Assembly: GCA_951406725.2 (NCBI GenBank)
Contig: OX597814.1
Span: 124,310,001 to 124,374,000, forward strand
Length of the DNA: 64,000 nucleotides
Source: Octopus vulgaris
Taxonomy: Eukaryota
Reading direction: 5' to 3'
Below are positions 25,817 to 40,477 of this stretch, piece after piece. Within the stretch, counting starts at the first letter, position 1. Each line of letters opens with the position of its first letter. The position numbers and the translations under genes are program-made. A model generated the notes under the pieces. It was not told the DNA's origin. It ran no database searches and worked only from the letters and a program-made list of their open reading frames with translations.

Positions 25817-26189
25817 CTCACCATATCGAGATTCACCTATCACACTCTTAGTACATCACGGTTCACCTATCACGCACTCAGTACATCGCGGTTCACCTAT
25901 CGCGCACTCATTACATCACGGTTCACCTATCACGCACTCAGTACATCGCGGTTCACCTATCGCACACTCACCATATCGCGGTTTACCTATTGCGGCTTAC
26001 CTATCGCGCACTCAGTATATCGCGGTTCACCTATCACGCACTCAGTACATCGCAGTTCACCTATCCCGCTCTCAGTACATCGCGGTTCACCTATTGCACT
26101 CAGGACATTGCTGTTCACCTATCGCGCACTCAGTACATCGCGGTTCACCTATCGCAATCAGGATATTGTGGTTCACCTATCGCGCACTC
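25817..26189. repeat. CpG-rich 30-bp minisatellite, about 12-13 units
   Basis: Unit cagtacatcgcggttcacctatcgcgcact. Confidence 0.95.
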
Positions 26190-27182
26190 TTTCAGAGCTT
26201 TCCTAAATCTACGGCTAGTTCTCCATGGGCTGCGGTCTCTACAAACATCACTCCTTAATATTTGTCGGTTTTATAACGCGTGTTCACCCTGTTTGCTCTA
26301 TTACACGCTCTTTGTCTCCTATTGTAGTTTTTACTTCTATATCTAGGGCAGGTACCTATTTCTTTATTACCCACAAGGGGCTAAAAACAGAGGACAGACA
26401 TAGGTATTAAGTCGATTACATCGACCCCAGTGCGTAACTGGTACTTAATTTATCGACCCCGAAAGGATGAAAGGCAAAGTCTACCTCGGCGGAATTTGAA
26501 CTCACAACGTAATGCAGACGAAATACCGCTAAGCATTTCGTCCGGCGTGCTAACGTTTCTGCCAGCTCACCTCTAGGGCAGGTACCACTGGTTTCATAAC
26601 ATATAATGTTATCTAACTTCTTTCTAGCACCCCTGTATACTCGAACCCTATCTTTCTGATCACGTACAGAGAATTGCATGCGGTGCATGAAGTTCTATAC
26701 ATGTTTCTTCGTTTCATAGGATTTACGTTGTGGGGTCACGTTGTTCATTATCCTAACTAGGTCTGCTATCAGTATGTTAATTTTTATGTTGTGAGACAAA
26801 GCTGAGTTCTTGTGAACAACATATGGATTTCATGTAATAAGAGTGGAGGAGCTGCACTCTGTTGTTGACAGTGTCTAACCAAAGTTCAGTATCAAGTACG
26901 GGGAGTCTATTGTTGAGGTACCTAATGGGGTAATCTATAGTTACCTTGATTATTTGCTGGATGGAGTTAGCTACTTGCTGGATGCTCTCCATTATGCTCT
27001 TCTCAGTTTCTACATTACTGTTACTAGAGTTGGTCTTAACTATGATATTAATGTCATCTACATACCTACTGTAAAGTAGAAGAGTTGTGGACCAATCTGA
27101 TAAGGATTGCTTAAGTTTTCTGTCCCACCATGTCATGAAGAGGGCCGACCACATCTCCAGCTACACCGACACCAATGGCTGC
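26190..27182 (-). mobile_element. Penelope-like element RT fragment (Neptune-like), interrupted by a SINE
   Basis: LFMTWWD, YSRYVDDINI, RLPVLDTELW, HSYYMK, then VMFVET. Confidence 0.82.
26357..26571 (-). mobile_element. SINE family B
   Basis: TSD tctagggcaggtacc at 26342-26356 and 26572-26586. Confidence 0.92.
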
Positions 27183-28275
27183 ATATAATTATATATATTT
27201 TTCAGCTGGAAAAAAGGGAAGAGACATTGGCACATATATATATTTACAGTTGATATTCTCAGTGGTTCTCTTAAGATACCCAGACTTCTCTCGATATGGT
27301 TGTAACTGAAAACCTGATAATTGCTCTCAGTTTGACATCTGCATCGGTCCTTGATAAACTATATTGATTGAAATGCGCCACTGTGAAGCAATGCAGCTTG
27401 ATGCACAATACCCGTTGCCAGCAGCTATTAACATTAGTAGCCTCATCGTTTGGTCAAATAATTCACAACTTTAATTTAATTGTTAAATATTTCAAGAAGA
27501 TATATTAATTATTTATTAATTATTTGTATCATGTATTAAACACAAATTAGTTTCACGAGATTTAGAAGAATTAGTAGCTTTCCAAATACCTAGATGTACG
27601 CAGCTGTAATTTCATCTAATTAACACGATTTTTTGAAGTTCATTAGAGTTATATTATTTTAATATAACAAAACATTTTAGAATCAATATTGTAATGAGAT
27701 CGGTTTTAATTAACAGACTTCATAAGAATCAATTTAAAAGTAAGAAACTTTTATTGTAAATACAATATATATCTGAGACAGATAATTGTCATCAATTCAA
27801 CATGATTTTTGTAGTGGTGTATTGTTCTTATTGGCATAATTCATGTAAATAAATAGGTGCCATGAGGAACTTCGGTCCGTCTTTTTAAACAATAGCAACG
27901 TGCTTATATTGAATTCTAACAATAGTGAAACGTAATCTTTATTTTTTAACTGTCACTTGTTTCATCCATTGGACTGTGGTCATGCTGGGGCGCCGTCTTG
28001 AAGGGTTTAGTCGAACCAATCGACCGCAGTATTTATTTTAAAAGCTGGCGCTTATCATACCGGTTTCAGTCGCCGAACATCTGATTTAAGGGGTTCATAA
28101 ACAAACCAACACCGGTTGTCAATCATCGGGGAGGAAGAAACAAATTCATACATACGCGCGCGTATACACACATTCACACATACACACACACGCGCGGGCG
28201 GGTGCGCAGTAAACTTCCACGTAGTTTCCGCGCACCAGTTTCATTCACAAGGCATTGATCGATCCGGAGCTATAG

Positions 28276-28845
28276 TATTGGGTTGTCCGGAAAGTTCGTG
28301 CCGATTTATAGTAGCTTAACTTTCGACTTATTTTAGAACATGGTTGAGTCCATAAAATAGGATTTGACTACACCTCCATTTAGAGCACAGTTTAAGCTAC
28401 CTTTTCGTGGAAGAAGGTTTATGTTCCTCTAATCTGTGTTAATTCTGTAACCCTTTAAAATGGAAGATAAGAAAGTTCATTTTCAGCACTTGATGCTCTG
28501 AGAACTAGACAAAAATTGTTGCGGCTCGGTTGGGATGTGTTACCTCACTTTCCATATTCACCAGATATTGCTCCTTCGGATTTCCACTTATTCAGATCTC
28601 TACAGAATAGTCTTAATGGTAAAAATTTCAATTCTTTGGATGACGTAAAAACATACCTTGATGAATTCTTTGCCATGAAACCACCTCAATTCTGGGAAGA
28701 GGGTATTTTCAAGTAAAAGGAAAGATGGAGACGCATTGTGCAATAAAATGGTTCATATTTGGTTGATTAAGAATGTAATGGCAAGTATTTATTGACCTTT
28801 TTCTTTCCTTTAAAAATCGGTACGAACTTTCCGGACAATCCAATA
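28276..28845 (+). mobile_element. Internally deleted mariner
   Basis: TIR tattgggttgtccggaaagttcgtgccgattt / aaatcggtacgaactttccggacaatccaata. MEDKKVHF is fused to HFPYSPDIAPSDFHLFRSLQN. Inserted in an old SINE A. Confidence 0.93.
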
Positions 28846-29026
28846 GAATTCACTTATCACTGTTGAGTGGTAATTTATTTCATTGTTTTCCGGGAATGTT
28901 AAAAGGCAAAATTAATCTCGAAATTATTTGAAATCAGAATGTAAATTGTCGTAATTAAATACTGCAAGGCATTTTGTTTGGTTCCTTAATTTGTTAATCT
29001 AATTTAGAGTCGACCAATCCAGCGTC

Positions 29027-29466
29027 TTGTGATTTCGTATAATAACCTTCTTAGCGAAGGTTATTATTATTATTGTGATTTCGTATAATAACTATCTTAG
29101 CGAAGGCGGAGGTATTGTTTTTAGTCGCGTTTGTTCGTTTGTTTGTTTGCCTGTCCGTGGACAAGATATCTCAAGAATCGCTGGATGGATTCGGACGAAA
29201 CTTTCAGGGATATTTTGCCTCGTGATTGGCACAAACTAATTAGATTTTGGGATTGATCGGGTACCAGACAAGGATTCTGGATTATTTTTTCCGTTATTTT
29301 TTACTTAATTTTTGAGAGCGGTCGGGTTCATTTTTAGTATTCTCGTTTGTGAGAGCAATCGAGTTTATTTCAGATATTCTCATTCTAAAAACCATCTCCG
29401 GCTAATCGTTGTGAGGACGTTGGTGTTGCCTTGACGGATGTTTGTGCTCCCTGAGTGCTCTTGTTA
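29027..29466 (+). mobile_element. DINE-1/HINE-like non-autonomous Helentron-type element
   Basis: gcgaaggcggaggtattgtttt followed by (gttt)n; gatggattcggacgaaact; 3' ccttgacggatgtttgtgctccctgagtgc hairpin. The 5' end is tandemly duplicated. Confidence 0.72.
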
Positions 29467-30162
29467 ACAAATGTTTTATTAACTTGTATTGCTTAGCTCA
29501 GGTTTTACCCTATCGTTGGTATCATGTATCCTACAATCTGAAGGCTTGCGGTTCAGTGTTTAGGGTGTTGAACTCATAATCATAAGTTTCGATTTCGGAT
29601 CGCATAATGTGCTGTGTTCTTGAGCAAAACACTTCATTCTACGTTGTTCCAGTCCACTCTGCTGAAAATGAGATCCAACAACAACTGGGTTGGGATTAAC
29701 TCTGTAGCGAGCTGGTCTCGGTCGCTTATACACCATGGAAACCTAAATAAGTTCTGCCCACATGAACCTGTTGGCTCACGATAGATCTAAGACCAAAGCT
29801 ATTTGACCATAATCTTCAGATGGTGGACTCCTACTCTTCTCCACACCAATCTTCTTCCTATTTCACGCTCCCTTATCATTCTCAACACTCTTCACAACCC
29901 TCTCTTTTATTCGCTATATTCTACTGCCAGCATTATTAAAGTTGGTAGTATGCGAGTTCACCATATCATCAGCTTTTCTGCGCTGCCTGTCATTACTCTC
30001 TCTTCTTCGAGCCACTTGTTCCTGACACCCATCACTTACAATTACCCTTGTGTACATCTAATACTATCCATCATTATCTACCACCCTTCAACTCTATCAC
30101 TCGGGTTTTTCCCATAATACTCTTGTTACCTCTAGTGACTCATCCTGGTCCTTACAACATCA

Positions 30163-30203
<41 letters not shown>

Positions 30204-31094
30204 TCTCTCTTTGTTTCGCTGTCTTGCAGCCAACCTCTCAGTGACTTTCTTTGAGCGAACGAACGCATGATAAAGTTGTGATGACTCGCAAGATCATAAG
30301 GTCACTGGTGTTTTTGCATCAAGTACTCTCTATAAAATAGTTAGCGAAGGACCAGAGTTAACTTAATTTTGAGAGTATCCTAAGTCTTGTTCAGGGCATA
30401 GCAAAATCTCCAGTCCTGGTGCTACAATAAAATACACTCAGTGCACTTTGTAAAATGTTATGAGGGCAGTAACTCCGAATTGGAAATGGTTCAGACAATA
30501 GCGTTACGCCCAGCCAGTGCTAATACAGAAAGTGTTATAAAATAATGATTGAGATGATATAGCACTTTGTAGAATATACATTATTTCTTAGAGTTTCGTA
30601 CCCAGTTAATTTATTAGACATCCATCAAATAATAACTTGGCTAATCAACTTTAAATGCTTGTTTGCTTATTTCTCAACTGATTCTGGCAGTAGTAATAAA
30701 AAAAGAACATTTCTGCCTGAAGATCAGTCACGAGAAACTAGGAATAACGGATTGTGGAGTTTTTTTATCTTCAATATACCACTACATATAACCCTGCATT
30801 TGGTATTCGAGTGCTATTTTCTTCACTTTACTTAGCACTTATGTGCTCGAACATGTGTGTGCGCGTGTGTATCGCTCATTCTCCAAGTTGGAGTTCTACT
30901 CACAAGTGGTTGAATAAAAAACTGAAAATTGAACTGTATCTCCTGAAATTTTCAGCTAAGAATACATCCTCATACCATCAAGCAGTGTTTGAAAAACCTA
31001 AGATTTTTTTCTTTCACTCAGGAGGATTTTATTCACAGAAAAAGAATGCGAGTATAATTCTTCGACGCGGAGCTGCAGCAGAATAACGCAGATA

Positions 31095-31590
31095 CTAAGT
31101 ATGAATTCAAACTAAGAAAAACCCTCGAGCCATTAAGAATCTAGAACCTTTTGAAAATGACCTCTTCCATTTCATAAGAAGAATTAAATTCTGGAAAGTT
31201 GATAACAACGTCCAGTGGCCACTTAATGATATCTCACAGTTTGTTTGGAATTTCAGGAAAATCTTCATCCTGTTAAACAAGATAAGGAACCTCTATACTG
31301 GCGACAATGAGTTAAATAATAGATTCCTTTCAAACAGTTTCACGGATGCAAACAAGAAAGCAAATCCAAAGATATCGCCACTGATCTAAACATGAGCGGT
31401 GGAGTGGAATATCTTCCTTACGTAAATCTTTTATTACATTCAATGACCACAAAGTTAATTTTAGTAATAACATAAATTTAGATTAATTAGCACCGCCTAA
31501 ACGGAAAGAGGAATAATTTGTAAGCATATTTCAGTTACTACCTTACTTAAAATAAGGAATGTTATGGAGATCTATTTATGGGACAAATGC
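31095..31590 (+). mobile_element. Decayed Penelope-like (Naiad-type) ORF fragment
   Basis: LEPFENDLFHFIRRIKF and SFITFNDHKVNFSNN resemble the FITLKDHKxNF motif. Confidence 0.68.
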
Positions 31591-31846
31591 GTTCTTTCTC
31601 AGAGTCGTTGTTGTAGCCATAATGCTCTGTTGATCTGATGAGCTAAACTTCTTTATTTGCATAGATTGGTGAAAATAAAATGGTATCGTATAATGCCGAG
31701 CATGCGCATTAATGCAAGCATGTAAGCACAATTTCTTCCGAGCTGAAATAAATATTACGTGAATAAGGTTGCGTTAATGCTCATAATCCTAAGAATTTCA
31801 CATGGTTAAATAAATATATATTCATCCTTCATACTTTCTGACTTTT

Positions 31847-31876
31847 ATGGTGTATGTATGTATGTACGTACGTATG

Positions 31877-31910
<34 letters not shown>

Positions 31911-32285
31911 TGTATGTATGTATGTATGTATGTATGTATGTATGTATGTATGTATGTATATATGTATGTATTTATGTATGTATATATGTATGTATTTATG
32001 TATGTATGTATGTACGTTTGTATGTATGTATGTATGTATGTATGTATGTATGTATGTATTTATGTATGTATGTATGTATTTATGTATGTATGTATGTTTG
32101 TATGTATGTATGTACGTATGTATGTATTTATGTATGTATGTATGTATGTATGTATTTATGTATATATGTATGTATGTATGTTTGTTTGTATGTATGTATG
32201 TATGTATGTTATGTATGTATGTATGTATGTATGTATGTATGTATGTATGTATTATGTATGTATGTATGTATGTATGTATGCATGC
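31847..32285. repeat. (TATG)n microsatellite
   Basis: Direct inspection. Confidence 0.97.
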
Positions 32286-32286
32286 A

Positions 32287-35200
32287 CTAGCTGACGTACC
32301 CAGTAATTCCCGGAAAAAGCGGGGCTTATCCCTTGGTTCCGTTCTCATAATTGTTTCGCTAATACAATAACAATACAAATCATATAGCCCTCAAAACGGT
32401 TTTTGTGCATTTACGGAGAATACCGAACTGTCTTACACAGGATCTTGTATTTAGGAATTCCCAATAAGTTATGAATACCTAAATTGTGAAGTCAGTTATG
32501 TAATAACACGATATTAATTACTCGATAGTAAGAGTTCAAATAAAGTAGCCCCGAAAAGGACTTTATTGTGTTCCCAGAGTATATAGAACTTAGGAAGAAA
32601 TGCCAATCGTGAAGCATGTTACGTAATAACAGGCTAATCAGATATGAGATATTAACAATTCAATGTAAATAACTCTGAAAAGGGCTTTTGTGCATTCCCA
32701 GATAATATTACCCTCATTTAGAATGAATGTAGAAACAGACTGACATTTAGTTTTACAGTAGACATACAAATAAATTTGCATATAGATTTTAAAATAAAAT
32801 AACATGTCGATTATTAATTCATTTACAACACTTACAGTTAAATAATAAATACCTGATGATTTGGTGAATCTTATTAAGTCTGCAGAGATTCTTGATAAAC
32901 AATATTTTTGGTCTTTCCTTGTGGGGCATAATAAACAAATGATTAGGATTGCCGACGCTTGAGCAACCCACATGAAGTTGACCATGGGAGACAACTGGTT
33001 CCGCAAGGTTCAGATTTATGGCATCCAAGGACTGTCCCTGGGCTTTGTTAATGCTCATTGCAAAGCTCAGTTTCAACGGGAATTGCAGGCGCTTGTTCTG
33101 GAAAGGCATATCCAAGGGAATAAGTGGAATTCTATGAATGTATATAGGCTCACCGCTAGCTTTACCAGTTAAAATTGTTGTCTCCAAGATTATTGGCATC
33201 ATCTTCTTTATTATAAGTCGTCTGTCATTGCAAATCTTTGGTGGATCGAGGTTTCGAAGTAGCATAGCAGGTGCCCCAATCTTGAGGTGCAAGTTGTGAG
33301 GTGGGAGGTCAGGTGGTGTTAGACTATTCAAGAATTCAGCTAGATAATTCACAGCTTCATCAATGGAATTGTAGAGGTGACGCTCACCTGGCAACTGTTC
33401 TAGAAGTTTAAAGTTCAAATGATCAACTCCCATATTCTTTGAAGCTAAAATGGCATGGGTTTTCAGCCAGTTGTGGTATGTAAACTGGTTCCTCAGGTTA
33501 GGAAAAACCTTGTTCATTAGTTTCTTTAAATCAGATACCATATGTCCAAAAGGCAAACTTACAAGGCCAAACTTCTCGCCAACCGAAGTGCCATTACCAA
33601 CAATTGCTTTGAAAAGGTTCTGTCTGCATTATCACCACTGAGCTGCTCTTTCATGTTGGTGGTGTGTCTTAGCTTTTGCACGCTGCTCCATAGGTAGGAC
33701 GATTTTATGCTGGCATTTACTTCATCAGCTCTTGTCCTCTTTGGAACCACCGGAAGGGTTTGTCTAAAATCTCCTGCAAGCAAGACTGTGGCACCTCCCA
33801 TGAGCCTGGCGTTGTGTCTCAGATCCTGAAGGGACATGCCAAGAGCTTCAAAGAAAACCTTATGGCTCATTGTCGCTTCATTCCAGATGATCAATCTGCA
33901 TTCACCCAGAAGTTTGCCTTTTATAGAACCACGACTGATGTTGCAGTTTGCCTTCTCTTTCTTGGACAGGTCCAAAGGGAGTTTGAGACAGGAATGAGCT
34001 GTGTGGTCACCACTTAGCAGAGTTGCAGCTATTCCACTTGACGCCACTGCTATGACAATGTATTTCATTTGGCGCAGTTTAGCGAGAAGAACGTTGATGA
34101 CATGTTTTTCCAGTTCCACCTGGAGCATCCAGAAAGTAAAGACCTCCTCTTTCATTTTCAATGCTCGAAATAATGGTGTTATAAACACCCAGTTGGTCCT
34201 CCATCAGTTTGTGTTCTTTATCAGCTATATACGCCGTCATTTCATCGATGTCATAGCTGATTTCTCGCAGGTACTCAATTGCCAGATTTCTTACTGCCTA
34301 CTCCGGTTGAGGCAGACTAAATGTGGAATTGCCTTGACCTCCCATAGCTTGCATTCGGGTGTCCAGGTCACTTAATGTCTCATTGTAAATGGTGTTATTG
34401 AACGTGGCAAATTCTTTTTAGATGTCCTCTGCCATGCTGGTTTTGTGGATCGCCCAAAACTTGTGAGGTTCATGAAAGCCACATGTCATCAACATGATAG
34501 AAAATAGGAGGCGCAGTTGACTTAGTGCTGTGCTGACTACAGTCTCCTCCAGTCTGGTCCCAGTGAGCATCCTCCTCCAATAGTCCATGTTTGGCACATG
34601 CTTCTCTATAGGTCGTGCAGACTTCCCGTTGTCTTCGAAAGTCTGTGAATGATGTAGGTCCTCTGACAGTGTGTAGCAGTAGATGCAGAAAGAAACACTC
34701 CTGATGATCAGGAAGCACAGTGTACACCCGCCCGATGACCCCACTTCTGACGACAGCATCTTATTTCCAGCCCTCAATGCGTGTTCCTTGCTTGCTTCTG
34801 TTCCATCTATTGTGTACCCAGGGGACCTCTACGTATTGTGTACACGGGGACCTCTACGTACAACAGTGTTTGGGCAAACAGATCACATTGGTATAATTTG
34901 AAGAAAGCTGTCAAAGTGGTTTCTCATGGATTCAGAACTACGTTTCGAGCATTGATTTCTGTGAAATATACACGCTGGCCATTTTCAAGATGTACAGATA
35001 GATTTTAAGAAGGTGTTCCTACATGTAGACAGGGTGTGACCTTTGTGTTGACAGTGCATTTGTCTAAAGGCAGAACAGTTCTTCATGCAGCACTTGTCAA
35101 TTGACTGAAGTGACATGAAAGGCATCGTCATTCTTGGTATATTCGTGAATAAGTCACTAACTGAAATAAGTGGATCTATTGTTTAGGAAAATACTATTTA

Positions 35201-35531
35201 CTTGTTTAAGGGTTGCACTGGATAAATTGCGAAAATAACTCTAACAGTTCAAATACTAAAACGTAAGCATACACAACTTCATTTATACCAAATAATATAG
35301 GAAACTGAATGGGTTATTTACCTTGGCTGCTAAAATTAAATATATTAGTTATATATAAAGATCCCTTCCAGGGACCCTATTATCGATTTTTTCCACACTC
35401 TGAGTATCCCATGAGGTTTCCCGATATGAGTTCTACTCACGTGTCAAGGTTCATCAAAATCGATAAAACGATGTAGGAGGAGTTAGCTAACAACTCCGCA
35501 AACAAACACACCCACAGACAGAATTTCCCAC

Positions 35532-35535
<4 letters not shown>
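32287..35535 (-). mobile_element. Helitron with a pseudogenised PIF1-like helicase
   Basis: 3' hairpin ccgggaattactggg then CTAG|T at 32287. LDAPGGTGKT, VASSGIAATLL, GDFRQTLPV and FAMSINKAQGQSL across frameshifts (about 32940-35010). Confidence 0.93.
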
Positions 35536-35562
<27 letters not shown>

Positions 35563-35899
35563 TGTTCGTATGTATATATGTATGTATGTATATATGTCTC
35601 TTTTATTTTTTAATCGTCCACTGTGGAGGGAGCCAGTTTCCAACAAAGGCACGAGGCTCCATCTTCGGTGTGTAGTTAACACAAATTCACTTTTGGAACT
35701 TGAGAAGTCTTGCACATTTTTACTGTTCCATTCACAGACTGCACTTATGTATGTATGTATGTATGTCATTTCTCAGCTTTATTTCAAGGGTTCTTGCCAA
35801 TAGAGAAAGAGGCGAGTTCTAACCTAGATCCAAGGCTCCATTGGAATTTCAACATCAACGACAGGATCTTTTCGTATGTATGTATAAAATTTTTTTAAA

Positions 35900-36540
35900 A
35901 AGATATGGGACCTTGGTGAGTGTGTGTGCTCCAACTATGTGCTCTGCTGATGACGAAAAAGTTTCTTTCTCCCATGCTTTGAAGGGCATTATAAGAAATA
36001 TCCCTCGGGTAGACAAAGTCATCGTACTGGGTGACTTTAATGCTAGAGTGGGTAGGGATTTTAACACATGGACTGTAATTGGGAAGCATGGGGTAGAAAA
36101 GTGTAATAGTAATGGTATGCTTCTGTTGCAGAGGTGCGAAGAGCTGCGTCCGTGTGTTACCAATACCACGTTTCAACAAAAACCACATGGATGCCCCCTG
36201 CATCTAAAGAATGGCATATTCTGGATTACATCCTTGTTAAGATGCGTGACAGATGAGATGTGCAGTATGTTCGTGTTCTTCGCGGGGCTGAGTGTTGGAC
36301 TGACCACCGCCTGGTACGTGCCAAAATGAAATTAATCACAAAACGTAAAATCCGGGCTGCAGGTATTACCCTGCCTGAAAGACTGAATGTTGCTCGTCTT
36401 AGGTGTAATAGCGTGAAGAGAACTTTACGAGAGGAAATGAATGTTGCAGATATTGGGGAGGATTGGCCGATCCTTAGAAAATCAGTTTATTATATAGGTA
36501 GGAAAGTTTTGGGATTGATACAAGTTTTGGGATTTATTTA
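35900..36540 (+). mobile_element. RTE/BovB-like LINE APE endonuclease fragment
   Basis: SVCAPTM, LGDFNARVG, CNSNGMLLL, HILDYILV, AECWTDHRLV. Confidence 0.88.
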
Positions 36541-36633
36541 GTTCGAGTGTTATTTTCTCAACCTTGATTTGAGAAAATAGCACCACTTTCTGAACCTTGC
36601 TTTTTTTTATAGGAAAAGGGAGGGAGAAGAAAA

Positions 36634-36688
<55 letters not shown>

Positions 36689-37057
36689 TGAGTGAGGTTA
36701 AAAAGTAGGGTCGAGAGGAAGAAAGCTTTGGAACATCATCATATTTTATATAAGTTAGAAACTGGCAGAGACAAAACATTATGAACATTATGTGGTTGGT
36801 GCAGAAACACAAGTATATATGCAAAGTAAACATTTCTGTACATGGCCTCGATTAAACAAAACAAAAATAAGAAACAGAGAGATAGAGAAATACACATAGG
36901 CGCATATACACTCACACGCAGGCCTTGTCGCTTCAGTTCGACCGCTTGGCGCTTTGATTATAATAAAAATATTAACGTGAACAAGAAGAAACTTTTTGAA
37001 ATTTTGCGACTTCTTTTTATTTCTTAAGATGGAACCTTTACAAAATAATATATTCAC

Positions 37058-37492
37058 GGATCTTTTCGGTTTGAACGGCAGTTTTTTTCTAGCGGTGTCA
37101 TATGAAATTGTCTCCCATAATTATAACCCTAGTATCGATCTATTGCATTTCAATCTGTTTTAGGGTTAGGGTTAGTTAGGGTTAGGGTTTGGGGTGGGAG
37201 GAAGGGTATCTTTTTTTTCTTCACAAATGTAAATAAACCCAATCTGTTTCTTAAACGAGGGACATATTCATACGGCACAGAATGTTTTATACCTGAATAG
37301 ACGTCAGTGATTGGTTGAAATTTCAGAAATTGAAGAAAAAAACCAACAAATATCTTACAAACTATATAATTTTCTCAATAAAGCCAAGAGAAAAAGATGT
37401 TTTATAAACACATTCTACCAGTATACGAAGTTTTAAATTCTTTAGTTACCTAGAAATTATGTTAAAAACTGCCGTTCAAACCGAAAAGATCC
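37058..37492. mobile_element. MITE with 29-bp TIRs, an 8-bp TSD and internal TTAGGG repeats
   Basis: ggatcttttcggtttgaacggcagttttt / aaaaactgccgttcaaaccgaaaagatcc; TSD atattcac / aaattcac. Confidence 0.9.
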
Positions 37493-39021
37493 AAATTCAC
37501 TTCTGTTGAGAAGCAAAAGTTACAACAATCGTTACTCTATTTGTAAGGCTTTGAATGTTGTAATCCCGTCCGAATAATTTCATAATTTTGAACATTGTCA
37601 CTTTTCGACGATATTTTGATAATACGTGTGTCCCCAGACCTTAACAGATTTCTAAAAGAATGTTGATTCTGATTAAATCATCTTTTAAATTCATTTCTAT
37701 TCAATCTTCAAAAACTGAATTATTATCTGTAAATACTTTTTTCCCAATAAGTTATTGAATTTGAAAGATATCAATTACTTAATTGGCAATCTGCTGGGTA
37801 AAGATAGTTATACGAGTCAAGATAGTTACACTAGTTTTTAATAATTTTGCTATTGACGTAAGCTAAATCTTTGACGAAACTGCATTAATACTGAAACTAC
37901 ATTAAACGATATTTTCGTTAAAAATTCTAAAATTATCATCATTCGGAGAGTATTTATTTAATAAGTAAATGAATTGTTTAGCGATACATGTACTTACGTG
38001 GAGACTGAATGGCGAATTGGAAGAAATAATTTCACATTTTCCATTTTATGTGTCTGAGAAATAAAATTTTTCATATAACTAGTTCCGTCTTTAAACCTAT
38101 TTAGTTTTATCGCTTCGTTGTAATAATATGATATTATTTAGAAGTAAGATCATTCGGATGAAATACTGGATAACCGTATACTAACGTATTTCATTAAATA
38201 ATTGATTCTGGCAGACAGATGTTTTGAGATTTATTAACGTAATTAAAGTAATTTTTCCCTTGTTTCTTGAAAGGTAAGAATTTATTGGGTTTTAGATCTT
38301 GAAAATTAGTTATATTTAACGGTGTTTCCACCATAATATTTAGGTTTCAGTCATTAAATAATTCAAATAGATCTTTTAGGAATTTATCTAAAAGATGGGT
38401 ATTCATTTCCTGTGTAAGAATTATAGTAGAAATACTGTAATCCGAAAATTACCTACCATTTCTCCAGAATGGTCGGTAATCCAAAAGGAAAAGATCAGGT
38501 AATAATTACTACACCATCACGATATTAAAACATTTTGAATGATTAAACTCATTGTTTAACAAAGACCATCAAAATCAAAAATATCCACGAAGTCCAAGCT
38601 TCTCATCGTAACACCAAAAGAATTATCATAAATGTTATCAAAAGCATATTTGCATAGAAAGAAAATAATAAATGAATGCGGAGAACTTAAGGAAAATTGG
38701 ACTATTTAGTCTTGTCGAGGCGAGACACAAGTTATGGCGGTGGCAACTGCCTGTCCAACCACGTGAGCCTGAGAAAAAAAAAAGATCTGATGTCGCTTAC
38801 AAACTAATAATACCACGAGATCAGAGTCAACACATAAAGGCCTAATATCTAGAACAGATCTTGAATTTGTCTCATTTCCTGTTACTTGATCTCCAAATGC
38901 CTAACGAGCTAGGTTCGGTCTACGAAGCTTTAAGTTGCACGGAGCCGAGTCGAAGCGCTATTAATAATACATGTAACTCCTATCAAATGTATTGTGTGTC
39001 ACTCTCGTTTGTCCACCCACT

Positions 39022-39076
<55 letters not shown>

Positions 39077-40170
39077 GCACACACACACATAACTGCATGG
39101 CAACAAACAATGCATATATATATATTTCCATACATACATACATACATACATACATACATACATACATACATGCAAACATACATACACACATACATACATA
39201 CATATTTGATAAGATAATTCTACGTCATCAGAATTGTAAGGCAAGACTACCAAAGATATTTTAAAATTGTCTTTAAGACTTTCGAAATAATTTTCCAGTG
39301 AAATGAATCCGTAGACAATACAACCGTTTGCCGGAAATTTTCCCCTCATTCACGAAATGAGTTTCTAAATTTGTTGAGTCGTTATATACCATTACATGTA
39401 CGTACTCTACAGATATAGATTGATCTGTAGATCGATAGAATATGGTCATAGTTATTGATTAATCCTGAAATAGTCATGAGTTTCAATGTGTCCGGCTGAT
39501 TAACAATAACAGTACAGTCATATTGTGATAAATGGTTGGTCTGACATGTTGAGTTCTTGATATTCTTGTTTAGCCCAGGTCAATCCTGACCGAGCAAATC
39601 GACCTATGATCAAAGGCAAATCTATTCATGATCATTCTGTCCGGTTAGAGTTATCTGAGACTACACAATCTGATATATCATTGATTTTTTTTGAAGGCCG
39701 TGTAGTGTGATTTTAGGGAGATTTATCTACTATTTCCAGTAAGTCGTATGATTAAGTAGAAGCTCCCTCATTGGTTGTTATCCGCCTGTTATATACTGAT
39801 GGAGAGTGGATAGCTGTTTTTGTATGTTGTGATATTTAGAATTTACATGACTAATGGTAGACTGATATATAATAGTAGTCCTTTCATATTGTATTATATC
39901 ATACTAGACCGAAATGTCCAGTTGTTGTTGGCTGATCGATAGATGATAGCTGTCATGTGATACGGTGATATATCTTATATTAGACTGAGATGTCCAACTT
40001 GATATCGAAATCTGGACGGCATCTGGAAGGAAAAGAAATTAAACAATCATATATAAAATAATAAAATGTCAAATGAAAATAGCAAGAACCAATTCTGGTA
40101 ATAATAGGTGTCTTGGGAATGATTAAAAAGAGGAAAAGTCTAATATATAATCACACACACACATACGCGC

Positions 40171-40232
<62 letters not shown>

Positions 40233-40445
40233 GAACAACATGCAGAGAACAGAACGACGTGTGTGTGTACGTATCTTATTACGAGTAGTTTCAATACAAT
40301 AAAAAAAGAACACAAATAAATAAAAAGCCTTCACAGCTGAAAGTATGCTATAAGAGTAAAACTATCGCAATAATAGTAACAACAACAATAGCAGCAGCAG
40401 CAGCAACAGCAGCAGCAACAGCAGCAGCAACAGCAGCAGCAACAG

Positions 40446-40476
<31 letters not shown>

Positions 40477-40477
<1 letters not shown>

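Noticed and set aside
25817-26189. CRISPR-like appearance of the 30-bp, 23-bp and 56-bp arrays
   Set aside because: There are no unique spacers or cas genes; these are eukaryotic tandem repeats.
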